Shown: in pieces, positions 24,001-34,064 of the stretch
How the letters are laid out: each line of letters starts with the position of its first letter
Numbering within the stretch: position 1 is the stretch's first letter
Position numbers and translations under genes: made by a program
NCBI GenBank assembly: GCA_965202585.1
Contig: OZ241827.1
Location: forward strand, 72,416,001 to 72,480,000
From: Thalia democratica
Taxonomy: Eukaryota
Length of the DNA stretch: 64,000 bases
Direction: 5' to 3'
Notes under the pieces: generated by a model
Database searches by the model: none
Seen by the model: only the letters and a program-made list of their open reading frames with translations
What the model was told of the DNA's origin: nothing

Positions 24001-27000
24001 CTCCGACCGACATCAGTCCCATCTTGCTCTTGGGGTAGAGGAAGATCGCATAAGACCTGCTCCCACTGGATACGATAACCAGCTGAAAGGTGAAGGAGGC
24101 GGGCTGAAATAAAGTTATTATAAAAAATATTCTTGATAGTTTATTTAGATGCTCTACTTTAAATATAAAGGTATGAACTATGAAAAGTGGGCTGAAAAAG
24201 GTAATTGTTGTAAATATTTTGTTTTAACATTGTTTTAAAACGACGTTTCGCTGAACAACAAATAACAAAGACTAAGTTTTCTTAAAACTTAATTTTCTTA
24301 ATTATATTTCATCTCACTTAGAGGATTGCTATCTCTGATTCATATGATCTTATCTAAAACATTTATTATTATTTAGTTTTAATAACTTACAGCTACTTGT
24401 TTTTTTTTTCTGCATTAAATATTTGTTATTTGTTTTTTATGTTTGTTTTGAGAAGCCCTGTGTTTAAAATTTAGTCATGTAATAAAACCCATAAAGTGTT
24501 AAACTTGGGCATAACTAAGTTAGATTACTACAATTAGACATCAAAAATTTGTTACAACTTCGCTAATCTTACGACAAGCAAAAATAAAATGAATAAAAGC
24601 TACAAGTTGAAAACAAAACTATCAAACTATGTTGTTTTATACGTACGGATTAACCTTTTGCGACAGCCTTACATTAACTACTTGACAAAAAATTATTACT
24701 TCTTGACACAAAAAACTCAGCCAAAGTTGCAATAAAAACAAAATTTCACAAGGAGTCAAAAGTTCTGGTTTCCTGTGCGGGAGCGAGTTTGTTTACTTTT
24801 CAAATCTCAAGTACTTTCGTACACCGGTGCTTGTGAGGTGATACTTTTCATAAGAAATATTTGACAGTTCGCTGTTTTGTATGCGGGTGCGCTTAAAGTT
24901 TAAAAAGAGGAAGAATTATGTTTTAGTAACAATTATTCAGGGTGTGTACATCGGTTGCAAAACAAAAACAAGACTTGTATCATACAATACTTGTATCATG
25001 TCGGTATCTTGTACAGCAAGTACATTTAATTGTTTTAAATATGTATCAAAACAAAAACTTTAGTTTTAATTTTAGTGCTACAAGTAGAGTAGTTATTATG
25101 TTGTATCAAAAGTAATTTTATATGTCATCAAAATAAACAGTATTATTACTTAATTACTGCCTTAACGATTTAATTCACTTAATCTAGTTTACATAACGCT
25201 TTTAAAGTATTAAAATGTATAAACATGATAAGCACATTTATCATTGTTATTGCCCACGATTTTAAAAGGTCAATTAACTTTAAAAGCTGTAATTTGTGTT
25301 ATACAAAAATTTTTGCTACCGGTAAAAGAAAATTCGAGAAAGTTTAAAAATTTGGTTTTTCAGAAATTAATTCCTGTTATCTTTTAAAAACTTAATCAGC
25401 GCGAACCGAAAAGTCATTAAAAGATAAATGTATATTATAAAGCTATTAGCATGTATTAAAAAGGATTAATGGTGATGATAAGGTTTTTATTATATTAATT
25501 AAGGTTTCTGTGGTTTACTTAGAGCAGCGTATTTTTATTATTAAAAAATATGAAACTTTCAAGTTTTAAGTTTTTTATTAATCTTAAATTCAATTTTATC
25601 CTTTTGACAGTAAAAACTAAAGCTAAAGCTGCACAACTAACAAAAATTATCTAAGAAGTTTTTCTTTACTGTTGTTGTCTAAAAATAATTCACAGACAAA
25701 TGAAAGCATTTGAACAGCAACTCAAGCATACACTCAAGAACTTCGACATTTCAACAGCTTATGAGAGGTCAGCTTGGCAGCTCTAATTAAAGCAAACTTT
25801 CTCGAACATCAAACAAATAAGCTGAATGTCAAGTCCACTCGAATGTAGAAGAAGGTAAGATTGTTGAGAAAGCAAGCGATTGCAGACAAGATGTTTAGCA
25901 GCAAGTTAGTTGTTTGTTCGAAGACTATGTTTATAAGTTTCAATTAGACCAGCTAATTAGCTTACATACCTTCTTTTAACAAATTTGTATCAGACTAGTG
26001 TTTGTTGTACTTGAACTAATAGAAAAATCATAGTTTTGTTATGGAAGAATTTCATCTAATTAATACACCATTGCAGACAAGTGTTTTAGCAGCAAATTAA
26101 ATTGTTTGTTTGCAAACTATTATATGAAGTTTCGATTTTGATCTCTAGTAATTAAGTTTAAGACCGTATAAAAAAGTTTTGTTAAAGGTTTTGTATAATT
26201 GTTACTAACACATAGCTAGTTTTTAAAATGAATAGAATACAACGTAGTTTAAGAAGAATTTTACCAGTTTAACTAGCCATTGCAGTATATTTAGCAGCAA
26301 ATTATATTTTGAATTGCTATTTCTATTTGTTGTGCAAACTGTCATGATTTTGATCTTCAAATTTTGACCTTAAACAAATATAAAAATTTTAAAAATACTT
26401 AATTTTGTTTACAAACTAGGCTTGTAATGTTTAATTAACTGAATGTTCAATTTAAGGCTTTAAACACAAGAAATGTGAAGATTGTTTTGGTTTTGTTCTG
26501 TTTAATTACAGTTGTATAAAGTAAATTTCACCACTAATTTAAAGCAGTTTATCTTCCTTCTTACTTTAAATAATTAGTGTTTAAAACAACAAGTAAAAAT
26601 TAGACAAAAACCAGACTCACTTTCCTTAATGATGTATTTAAACGTTTAGATATGTTTAAAACATACATAAACCCATAAATTTATTGTTTTTAAAAAATAA
26701 AAATAATAAAATTTGCTTGTTTTCGATCAAATTACTTCCAATTATATTGACAGTTCGATCAAGATTTATTGTTTGATTTCCAACCGCACATTGCCACTGG
26801 AAGTTGTATCTGATTTCAATTAGTCTTTATCGTTCAAGTTTGTGGTTTACATTATGCGAGCTCAAATATTATTTTTGTAGTGAGGGCAGACGGCTGAACA
26901 CTTAGAATTACTCATGCGTTCTAAAGTATTGTTGTTTTTGTCGCATAGATTTGTATTACGTTACGTTAACATTTGTTCACTTTAAGAAAACATAAACCTA

Positions 27001-29878
27001 GCATTATTTGTTTGTTTTACCTTTTAAGATAATTTTTTTTTACTTTAGAGGATAATACTTTTCTTTATACTCGTTAGATATGGTATGTTATACACTTGTG
27101 TAATAATTTTTTTTACAGTTATAACTATTTGTAGTTTTTTAAATAATCAGTAAATAAAACTAAAAAATAATTAAAAATTTTGTATCGTCGACTAAATATA
27201 TTTACAACTTACAGTTCCCTCCAGCGTCATTGTTTTGATAGATATTAAAAATCAGACAAAAATCAGTTAAACAAAAGAAAAATAAATTTGACTATTATTT
27301 CATCCGATTAAACATTTTTACTACTCACTGTTCCCTCCAGCGTGAACCCCTTCACGTTTTTCCACGTGGCGGTGAACACGCTCTGAGCCTCGAAACCCTC
27401 CCCCGCGCTCGGGTAAGACCTCCTGACGTCATCGGTGGCTCTTTCAAGCACGTCATCGTCACGTGTTTCCCCGTACATGATGTGGCCTTCGTCCTGATTG
27501 GTCAGGTCGGCCATGTAGGGGGCGATGATGGCGTCGTAGACGGGGAAGTCCCTCTCCACGATGGAGGCGATGTCGACGTTCTCGGAGGAGAAGGAGATGA
27601 AGCCGTCGGTGTGGACCTGTGGTGTGTTTATTTTTTACTTTATTATATTTTAATGATTAAATTTTTATTTAAGGGGGGTTTCGTTTAGAAATTTTTTTTG
27701 TGCAAAACACTTCAATATTTTAAGCACAAAATGCTAGTACCTACGTTGGTGAAAGGTTTTTGTAGGATAGTATACACTTGTCTTAAGTCAACCTGTGTAT
27801 GAAGTTAATTAAAACTTTGTGGAAATTTCTTAAAAGTAATGCATAATATTATTATTATTAAATAGTTAATGTAGGTAGTTAACAGCTTTTAGATAGCTTG
27901 ACAGCTTATAAAACTAAACCTGTCTTATTATTAATACAATTAAATAATTATTATACTTTAATAACATAATTAAAAAAAACTGTCAAAGTTTTGAGTCAAA
28001 TTTGTTTGTTTCAAACCTAAAATTTTGTATTATTTCTAATGATAACTTTTACAACGTGTTTATTATAGTTATCTAGTTAGAAAATATAAACTGTTATTTA
28101 AATTTTTCTATGTAAAAAATTTTTCAATTAACGAATCTTATTTTCATGTAAAGTTTTTAGCAGAAAATTTAAAGCAAATTGTATTTACAATTGTTTGGTA
28201 CAAATATATGTTAATTTGATATAGTAAAAAAATTATGTTTTTTAGTAAAATAAAACTCACTTTAAAAGTTCAATAAAACATTGTGGTTTATAAACATTCT
28301 TATTTTAATATTTTTTTTAGTTTAGTGTTTGGGATAAAATTAAACATTGAGAACTTAATAGAAAAGTTTTATCTTTTATTATTAATAACAAAAAAAGCAA
28401 TAAAATTAAAAATTGCTTGAAGTGCTTACAACTATGAAAAGTCACTAAATTGGCTTGAAGTAATGAAATTGGTTTCCGCCTTATCAGCTGTATTCCAAAC
28501 AAGTTAAAGTGCAGACAAAAGTTAAAGATTTTAAAGATAATTACCTTGTAAACACGTTTGTAATTGCCACTGCCTTAATTTTTTTTCAACATTTTTTTTA
28601 ACTAAAAGCAAAATCCTAAAAAACCTTGTTTATGAGAGAGTATTCAAGACCATTTTTCAAACTTTATTTAAGCTCAAAGTAAAATTTTGTAGCAGCTTGT
28701 TTATAAAAAATTCAAAACCAAAATGTATTGAATAGAACTAAAAACAAATGTAACCAAAAACTAATGTGATATTATCAACTCCATATCTTGTTACTTGATA
28801 TGGCTTATGTGGGAATAAATACAAATACAATTGCATTACTTGAGATAAAGGCGTTCATAAACGTTTGATACAGAGAAACCTAAAACAAAGATAGTTTTGT
28901 AACTTGAACCTAATGTTTTCATATCAAAAAGTCGTTTGTTTTAATGTGATATGTTTTATGTTGGTACAAATACAATTGACATAGATTGAGTTTATTTTAA
29001 ACAAACTAAGATAAAAAGTTTAATGAAAAAGATGTAATTTTTTTCTAGTCACCACTCAAAATTTACTTTATAGATTAAGTTGTTGGCATACATTTTCGTG
29101 CAAAGTTTTGTTTCAGATTAATTGGTTTTACAACAAGAGTACTCAAGCCTGAAAAATAGGCCTGCGGCCGAAACCTAACTTTTAACAGACTACCTACTTC
29201 AAACGTGACACCTGATAAAATTTTCAACGTGATACGTTTCATCCCAGCATGATCACAATTTGATAGACTCGAGCTTCAAACGAACAGGAAGCAACAGAAG
29301 TCGGCTTACGTTACAAATTCTCGCAATTACACTCTCGGTGCGCAACCTCGTTTTTTCGAGCAAGCGCCGCGGGCGTCGTACGACTTCGAGAATTCCGCTG
29401 AGAAGCTTTCAGAATTTCACGCTCGAACGATTCAGATTGTGACGCCCGATGCATGGTGTTGTTAGAAGGGGGGCGAGTAAAAGGGGGTAATTGCCTTTGG
29501 TATGGATGTTAGTGTTAATTTTTCTCTCTACTTACTGTAAAAAAAACTGCTTTTCTTGAGTTTGATTAGCCTAGAATTTTCGAAAAAAAATTCTAAGAAT
29601 TTTTCTTAACAATGAAGTATTCGGTGCATGTTTCTATCGGGTTTAAAAAATAAAATAAAAAGTTTTTCACAAAAAATAGAAATTTAATTATATCTCACCC
29701 AAACGGACGAATGTGATTGGTTGTAGAAGCTGATGGGGACGTCCAGGCTGATTTCAGGCGACCAGATTCCGTCTGACCTGGGCAGGTGGGTGTCCTGACT
29801 TTTGTCGAACGGGTAGAAGTCCTCTACCTCGAGGCAAGTGGCCGCCGCGGCCAACAGTGCCACCAAAACGACCCTCAT
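1..29878 (-). CDS. NID: Nidogen/entactin, expanded form; 28 coding exons in window, 3' part beyond window start
   Basis: Manually spliced ORF of 4962 nt (1654 codons), all GT-AG with matching phases. Signal peptide + NIDO + EGF + G2F + EGF array + thyroglobulin type-1 repeats; the NIDO plus G2F combination is diagnostic of nidogen. Confidence 0.93.
1137..1277 (-). CDS. NID: Nidogen exon 27 (EGF)
   Basis: [32 protein letters not shown]...ADC; phases 1-1. Confidence 0.9.
1579..1989 (-). CDS. NID: Nidogen exon 26 (acidic + Arg/Asp/Gln/Asn repeat + EGF)
   Basis: DYDEDDEG...[23 protein letters not shown]...[31 protein letters not shown]...SIC; 411 nt open, phases 1-1. Confidence 0.88.
1730..1915 (-). 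repeat. Coding low-complexity repeat (GACAGA/AACAGA/GACCAA units encoding DR/NR/DQ)
   Basis: Direct reading of exon 26; degenerate 6-24 nt periodicity. Confidence 0.85.
3769..3969 (-). CDS. NID: Nidogen exon 25 (EGF)
   Basis: [31 protein letters not shown]...ITC; phases 1-1. Confidence 0.9.
4520..4720 (-). CDS. NID: Nidogen exon 24 (thyroglobulin type-1 repeat 5)
   Basis: TLCQ...[30 protein letters not shown]...MNC; phases 1-1. Confidence 0.92.
5185..5418 (-). CDS. NID: Nidogen exon 23 (thyroglobulin type-1 repeat 4)
   Basis: GLC...[30 protein letters not shown]...PDC; phases 1-1. Confidence 0.92.
6006..6284 (-). CDS. NID: Nidogen exon 22 (thyroglobulin type-1 repeat 3)
   Basis: SKCFRE...[31 protein letters not shown]...LNC; phases 1-1. 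Confidence 0.92.
6635..6777 (-). pseudogene. Defective thyroglobulin type-1 exon (pseudo-exon or truncating alternative exon)
   Basis: Phase-1 acceptor, then [45 protein letters not shown]. It lacks the PxC..GxF..QC core, and a 1-nt shift (GGGAG vs GGGGAG) before ERMNCE gives TGA. Confidence 0.65.
6790..6929 (-). pseudogene. Second, more decayed thyroglobulin-like pseudo-exon
   Basis: CCACAG acceptor, then [39 protein letters not shown]. The order PC..PxC..F..Q..DxVTG follows the TY pattern; two in-frame stops. Confidence 0.4.
7348..7416 (+). mobile_element. One-ended hAT-like MITE terminal fragment
   Basis: CAGAAGTCGGCAAACTGCGGCCCGCGTGCCAAATGCGGCCC resembles Charlie-type hAT termini and the subterminal GGCCCGC repeats of the MITE at 41387; no second end found. 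Confidence 0.55.
7515..7726 (-). CDS. NID: Nidogen exon 21 (thyroglobulin type-1 repeat 2)
   Basis: [37 protein letters not shown]...RC; phases 2-1. Confidence 0.92.
8005..8272 (-). CDS. NID: Nidogen exon 20 (thyroglobulin type-1 repeat 1 and start of repeat 2)
   Basis: ICQ...[29 protein letters not shown]...PDC...SECEKR; phases 1-2. Confidence 0.9.
10835..10972 (-). CDS. NID: Nidogen exon 19 (calcium-binding EGF)
   Basis: [40 protein letters not shown] fits the cbEGF consensus; phases 1-1. Confidence 0.93.
12694..12840 (-). CDS. NID: Nidogen exon 18 (EGF)
   Basis: [29 protein letters not shown]...RTC; AAG acceptor; phases 1-1. Confidence 0.88.
13189..13353 (-). CDS. NID: Nidogen exon 17 (EGF)
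   Basis: [31 protein letters not shown]...TRC; phases 1-1. Confidence 0.9.
13633..13776 (-). CDS. NID: Nidogen exon 16 (EGF)
   Basis: [29 protein letters not shown]...PTC, in a frame not shown in the ORF track; phases 1-1. Confidence 0.9.
15053..15202 (-). CDS. NID: Nidogen exon 15 (EGF)
   Basis: [31 protein letters not shown]...MTC; phases 1-1. Confidence 0.9.
15396..15590 (-). CDS. NID: Nidogen exon 14 (EGF)
   Basis: [31 protein letters not shown]...ASC. The acceptor has a weak pyrimidine tract, so the 5' edge is less certain. Confidence 0.82.
15998..16153 (-). CDS. NID: Nidogen exon 13 (EGF)
   Basis: [28 protein letters not shown]...GSC; phases 1-1. Confidence 0.9.
16410..16589 (-). 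CDS. NID: Nidogen exon 12 (EGF)
   Basis: 6-Cys EGF: [27 protein letters not shown]...FDC; phases 1-1. Confidence 0.9.
16976..17066 (-). CDS. NID: Nidogen exon 11 (end of G2F)
   Basis: [30 protein letters not shown]; phases 0-1. Confidence 0.85.
17217..17326 (-). CDS. NID: Nidogen exon 10 (G2F)
   Basis: [36 protein letters not shown]; phases 1-0. Confidence 0.88.
17738..17947 (-). CDS. NID: Nidogen exon 9 (G2F)
   Basis: [11 protein letters not shown]...SQRFTG...GTLPRI...[11 protein letters not shown]; phases 1-1. Confidence 0.9.
18266..18526 (-). CDS. NID: Nidogen exon 8 (G2F)
   Basis: [12 protein letters not shown]...[15 protein letters not shown]...AWMFA...NGFDYTG; phases 1-1. Confidence 0.92.
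20482..20546 (-). CDS. NID: Nidogen exon 7 (second half of EGF1)
   Basis: [21 protein letters not shown], matching the CC-x-C..G..GNG..C pattern of the nidogen pre-G2 EGF; phases 2-1. Confidence 0.9.
20967..21075 (-). CDS. NID: Nidogen exon 6 (acidic linker, first half of EGF1)
   Basis: [35 protein letters not shown]; donor GTTTGT; phases 1-2. Confidence 0.85.
22965..23098 (-). CDS. NID: Nidogen exon 5 (end of NIDO, linker)
   Basis: [16 protein letters not shown]...[18 protein letters not shown]; phases 2-1. Confidence 0.88.
23472..23534 (-). CDS. NID: Nidogen exon 4 (NIDO)
   Basis: [20 protein letters not shown]; donor GTGAGT; phases 2-2. Confidence 0.85.
23970..24103 (-). CDS. NID: Nidogen exon 3 (NIDO)
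   Basis: [25 protein letters not shown]...; donor GTTGGT; phases 0-2. Confidence 0.88.
25691..25855 (+). mobile_element. Degenerate 3' fragment of an RTE-type LINE ORF2
   Basis: [31 protein letters not shown] resembles, from memory, the K.(F/Y)KD.LK..LK...I.....DRS.W C-terminal motif of RTE-clade LINEs; contains a stop and a frameshift. Confidence 0.4.
25879..26330. repeat. Degenerate tandem triplication, period ~190-210 bp
   Basis: ATTGCAG...TTTAGCAGCAA recurs at 25879, 26070 and 26279 with alignable intervening sequence. Confidence 0.75.
27329..27616 (-). CDS. NID: Nidogen exon 2 (NIDO)
   Basis: CAG acceptor; VHTDGFISF...IIAPYMADL...VFTATWKNV...EGT; donor GTGAGT; phases 0-0. Confidence 0.92.
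29699..29878 (-). CDS. NID: Nidogen exon 1: signal peptide and start of NIDO region
   Basis: [24 protein letters not shown]...[18 protein letters not shown]; donor GTGAGA, phase 0. Confidence 0.9.
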
Positions 29879-29911
29879 GTTTGATTGGTCGTGAAAAATT
29901 GATGTGAAAAT

Positions 29912-29920
29912 CTAAAAGGA
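29912..29920 (-). promoter_or_regulatory. 3' splice acceptor (CCTTTTAG) 33 nt upstream of nidogen ATG: 5'UTR intron or trans-splice site
   Basis: Pyrimidine tract + AG just upstream of the start codon; no upstream donor located. Confidence 0.4.
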
Positions 29921-32900
29921 ACAAGCTGATCGAGATGTAAACTAATCAACTGTAAAAAATTAAAACTGCTTAGTTTGTAATGGTTTTGTTGTATAAATAA
30001 AATAAATAAAAAGTTAATCTACAATATTGAACTATTAATTTAAGTTAAATAAACTAAAAACCAAAAAACATAATAAAATCACCATAATAAGTTAAGTTTA
30101 TAAACGTAAACTCTGAAAATTTAATACTCTTTCAACAAAGCATCAGAAACGCATAGCGCAAGGCAATAAAAACTTTGTAATGACTGATAAGCGATTGACT
30201 GCGCAAAGTAGTGGTTTGAAAACGAGAGAGCGAAGCTTCTTCCATTTCTCTCGTTTTCACCTGTGCTGCCCACACCCAACGTATGTAGCTTGTAACAAGA
30301 TACAGTTTCATGGTTATCTCGTTGCAGTGCTGTTCAAATCTGGTTTTATGCCGAAACTTCTGCCCTTTGATTAACCGAAGCTGCATAGCTTTCGAATTTA
30401 AATACTTTTAAATCGTTTTAACTCAAACTAACCTTAAGTCTTGTGGATTTTTTGAAGTGGTCGTTTAAAAAGGTTTCGGCTTAAATGTTCAGAAATTTTG
30501 AAAAAAAGTGGGTATTGAATGGCTCTGGATAAAATGATCAAAAGAATAAATAAGAAAAAATAGTGGTTTTGTTAACTCCATACGAGAAAACGCATTATGC
30601 GTTTGTCATTTGTCTGAGCTTTTTTATCTTTTCTGTCTTGTCTGGATTATGAAAGTTTAATGCAGGTAGTCAAGACAGGAGGCAAATACGAGCCGAAACG
30701 TTTCTCTTCAAATTTCGCCTGTAATATTTGTTTACTGTCTGGAAAAAAAAGTTCAAGTTGAAAATGCACGGCAAACAAATTTGTTTGCTTTAAATTTGTT
30801 GTTTTCTTCAAACTAGTAAAAAATTAAATTTTTAGTAAAATTTGAATAACTATACATGGTTGAAGAGTACTTACTAACTTTTTTTTATTCTTTATAAGCA
30901 TTCAAATCAACCTATAAAGCTTTATTTCATCATTTTTTAGTTAACCCTTTCATGAAATATTTACTAGTTTAACATTACAATTTTTTTATGAATTAATAAA
31001 GTAAGCTATGAAACGATTAAATGTTTTAATTGGTCTTTATGAACTACTTTAAATAATTTTAATAATTTTTATTCAGTCTGGTCAATATTTATTGAACTCA
31101 AAAACCATTTTACAGTATTTATCTTATGTTGTAATCAAAAACGTTTAGATAACTTTGTTTATACATAGATTAATTTACTTTATTGTTCTGTTTGATCAAT
31201 GTGAAAGTTAATGTAAAGTATAAAGTATTTTGAACCTTGTTTTATATTTTATTGTACTTGTTTGAGCTAAACATAATCTAACTAAGTTTGAAACTGATAA
31301 CTAAAACATTCACAAAAAAACATAAAAAAATAGAACTTTTTTAATTACGTTTATCTCTTTCAAGGGTTCTTGTTGCAAATTTTAACACATAAAAACTTCC
31401 AAGTTTTTGTATATCAATTAACTCAAAAAGTAGTTAAAACTTACTTTATTTAGTTTAATAAACTGTAATGAACTCAAGTTGAAATAAATACAATAAGTTC
31501 TAATAAATGTACAAAATTATTTAATCTAGAAAAAATAGTTATGTGTTTTAATGTATTTCACTGCTTTCATTAAGCATCTTTTTAAAACCAATGTTTTAAA
31601 CAACAAAAACAACAAAGAGTCAGAAACAAATATTTGAAAAACTTCAAACAAAAGAAGTTTGACATTTAATGCTGACAAATAGAATTTTAAGGTTATTTTA
31701 ATCTGTTTATACATGAAGAGCACAACAACACAACAGAGAAATATTAGGTGTACACAAATAATTATTTGATAATTTTTTTTTTGGTTGTAAAACGATTTTA
31801 TCGCAATTTTTTGTTTGTTTTTTAAACATTGTTAGTACTCTTTGTCAGTATTAATATGATTAAATTTAACTTGGCTGTCTTTAAAACTGTTTCCTCTTGG
31901 TTTCATTTGATTTTAAAGTCTTTTTTGTCAAATTGGAATTAATAAAATTTATAAACAAAAGTTACAAACGTTTGTAAGACAATGTGAGAAAATAAAACTT
32001 AATTCTACGTGATTAGTTGTTTAAGCTAGAACATCAAACGTTAAGTTTCGAAAAGTATTACCTTGGTAAATCTTTGATAAAAATAAAATACATAAACAAT
32101 ACTGCTGGAAATTTTTAGCATGTTATTAACATTAAGTAAAAACTATTTTTGCCAAGCTAGTTTTTTTTTTCCAAACTAAAACAATAACTACTTTTCACAT
32201 AATTTAAAACAGATTTATGAAAATAAAACATTTAACTATTTGAATATAATATATTAGCCATTATTTAAACCTAAAACTACAAATAATAATATGCTGTTTA
32301 AAGTAGTTAATTAATATTTTAAGCCAAGCAAATTCAAATTTAAAATAAAAAAATTAATCTTGATAGATGTGTTCAACTGTAGCATTCTATAATATATGAA
32401 TTTAATTCAATTTTGAAGTGTTTAATTTTCTTTTGACTGATATTTGTACCGTCAAACTCTCATGGGAATAAAAATTGTTTTTGCTAAAAATAAATAATAC
32501 AAGAACTTTATAAGGATTCTAAAACTTGGAATTATACTTGATAGCTTTTTATCTATTCAGAATTTAATCAACTTAAACCTTATTAAAAAGATTCCTATTA
32601 CTTATTAAATAGTATTAAGATTAATTATTTTGCAGTACAAAACACCTTTTTTAAGTTTTATAACGAAAACAAATTCAACTACATTTAACTGTAATTAACT
32701 AGTAAAAACATCTCCACATAAACAAAAAATTATAACTGTTAAGAAAATTTTAATTTTAATATAATTCTAAAGAACTTATTCTTTAAGTGAAAAGCCAACA
32801 CTACCACTGAAATAAAATAAATTAAGCTAAAAATGTTTATATTTAAAACTTTAGCAGAGTTTTATAAAAAATTAAAAGCTTTTATGTTTTTTAGTTAAAA

Positions 32901-34064
32901 TCTATGATTAAAAACTGTTTTTTTTTGTACCGCAAAGTTTTAGTTGAAACTGAAACCGTTGTTGAACTAAAAGTAAATTTAACGAAACCTAAATAGTTAA
33001 GTAGTTAGATTGTTAAATTATACAAAGACTTGCTTTTTGTTTTAGCAAACATCAGTTTAACACTTTTGTGGTTTGTAAAAATTTAAATGTTTTTTTTTGT
33101 TTAATTGTTTAAATAAGTAACTATACTAAAATTTTTAGTCACAATCATAATAACAGCTAATATAAAACTTAATAAAACTATAAAAAATAAAAATTTAATT
33201 AAAAAATATTTTAGTCAAAAAGCGTTTGACATTTAAAGTTTTTAACAACTTTTATTTGAAAAACTATAGTTTTAAGTTATTTACGTTTGTACATAAAGTT
33301 CTTCAATTTAAATCTTTAAGTACTGTTATTGTTCAGTAATGTAATTCTTTTTGAATAACAGTTTTGTAAATAATCAAGCTTTTAATGCACCTAAAGATTG
33401 CACCTAAAGATTTATAATGCACTTTTATACGATATATATCTAAAAAATCTGAATGTTTATTTTATAACAGTTAATGTAGGTTAGTTTTTACTTAATAGTT
33501 ACTATAATTTATACTTATTAGTTATTATAGGTTATTTTTTCCTTCATTTAAAAGAAAAACAACGAAAACTAAGATTTATATAAAATTACAAGAGTATTAT
33601 ATTTTATTAAAAAAACGTGTATGTATTAAGTTTAACATTAGTTGGAAAATTACATTAATATATAAATATCAAATTGGTAACAATTGTTGCAATACAGTTT
33701 GTAAACCGTGAACATTTGATAAAAAAAACCTTGTATCACTTAAACAAAAATATTCGTTAAAATAAGAGTGCTTCTAAGTTTTAAATATTAACTTTCCCTT
33801 GATAAAACTTAGTTATAAGTCAAAATAGTATTTTAAAACTATTTTTCTTTAAGCTTTAACATATTCAAAATTGTGTAATGTGATATAAGTTTTAACATAA
33901 AAACTTTAACATTTTTAAGAACAAAAAGTATAAAATAGATGATAAAAATGTTAAAAGACATTCTTAGTGTACAGTTTTAGTCAGTGGCTTAAAATTCGAA
34001 TCGCTTACAAGATGTAAATATCATTTGTCGTAAGTCGTTAAAATACTACAATTGTTTAAAACGT

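Noticed and set aside
27791-27797. ACCTGTG match to the exon-2 acceptor at offset 176; similar 8-14-nt matches near exons 6, 9, 20 and 23
   Set aside because: Too short to distinguish from chance, so not counted among the echoes.
29415-29435. B-box-like GTTCGAGC on the minus strand (tRNA/SINE?)
   Set aside because: No A box, cloverleaf or poly-A/T tail.
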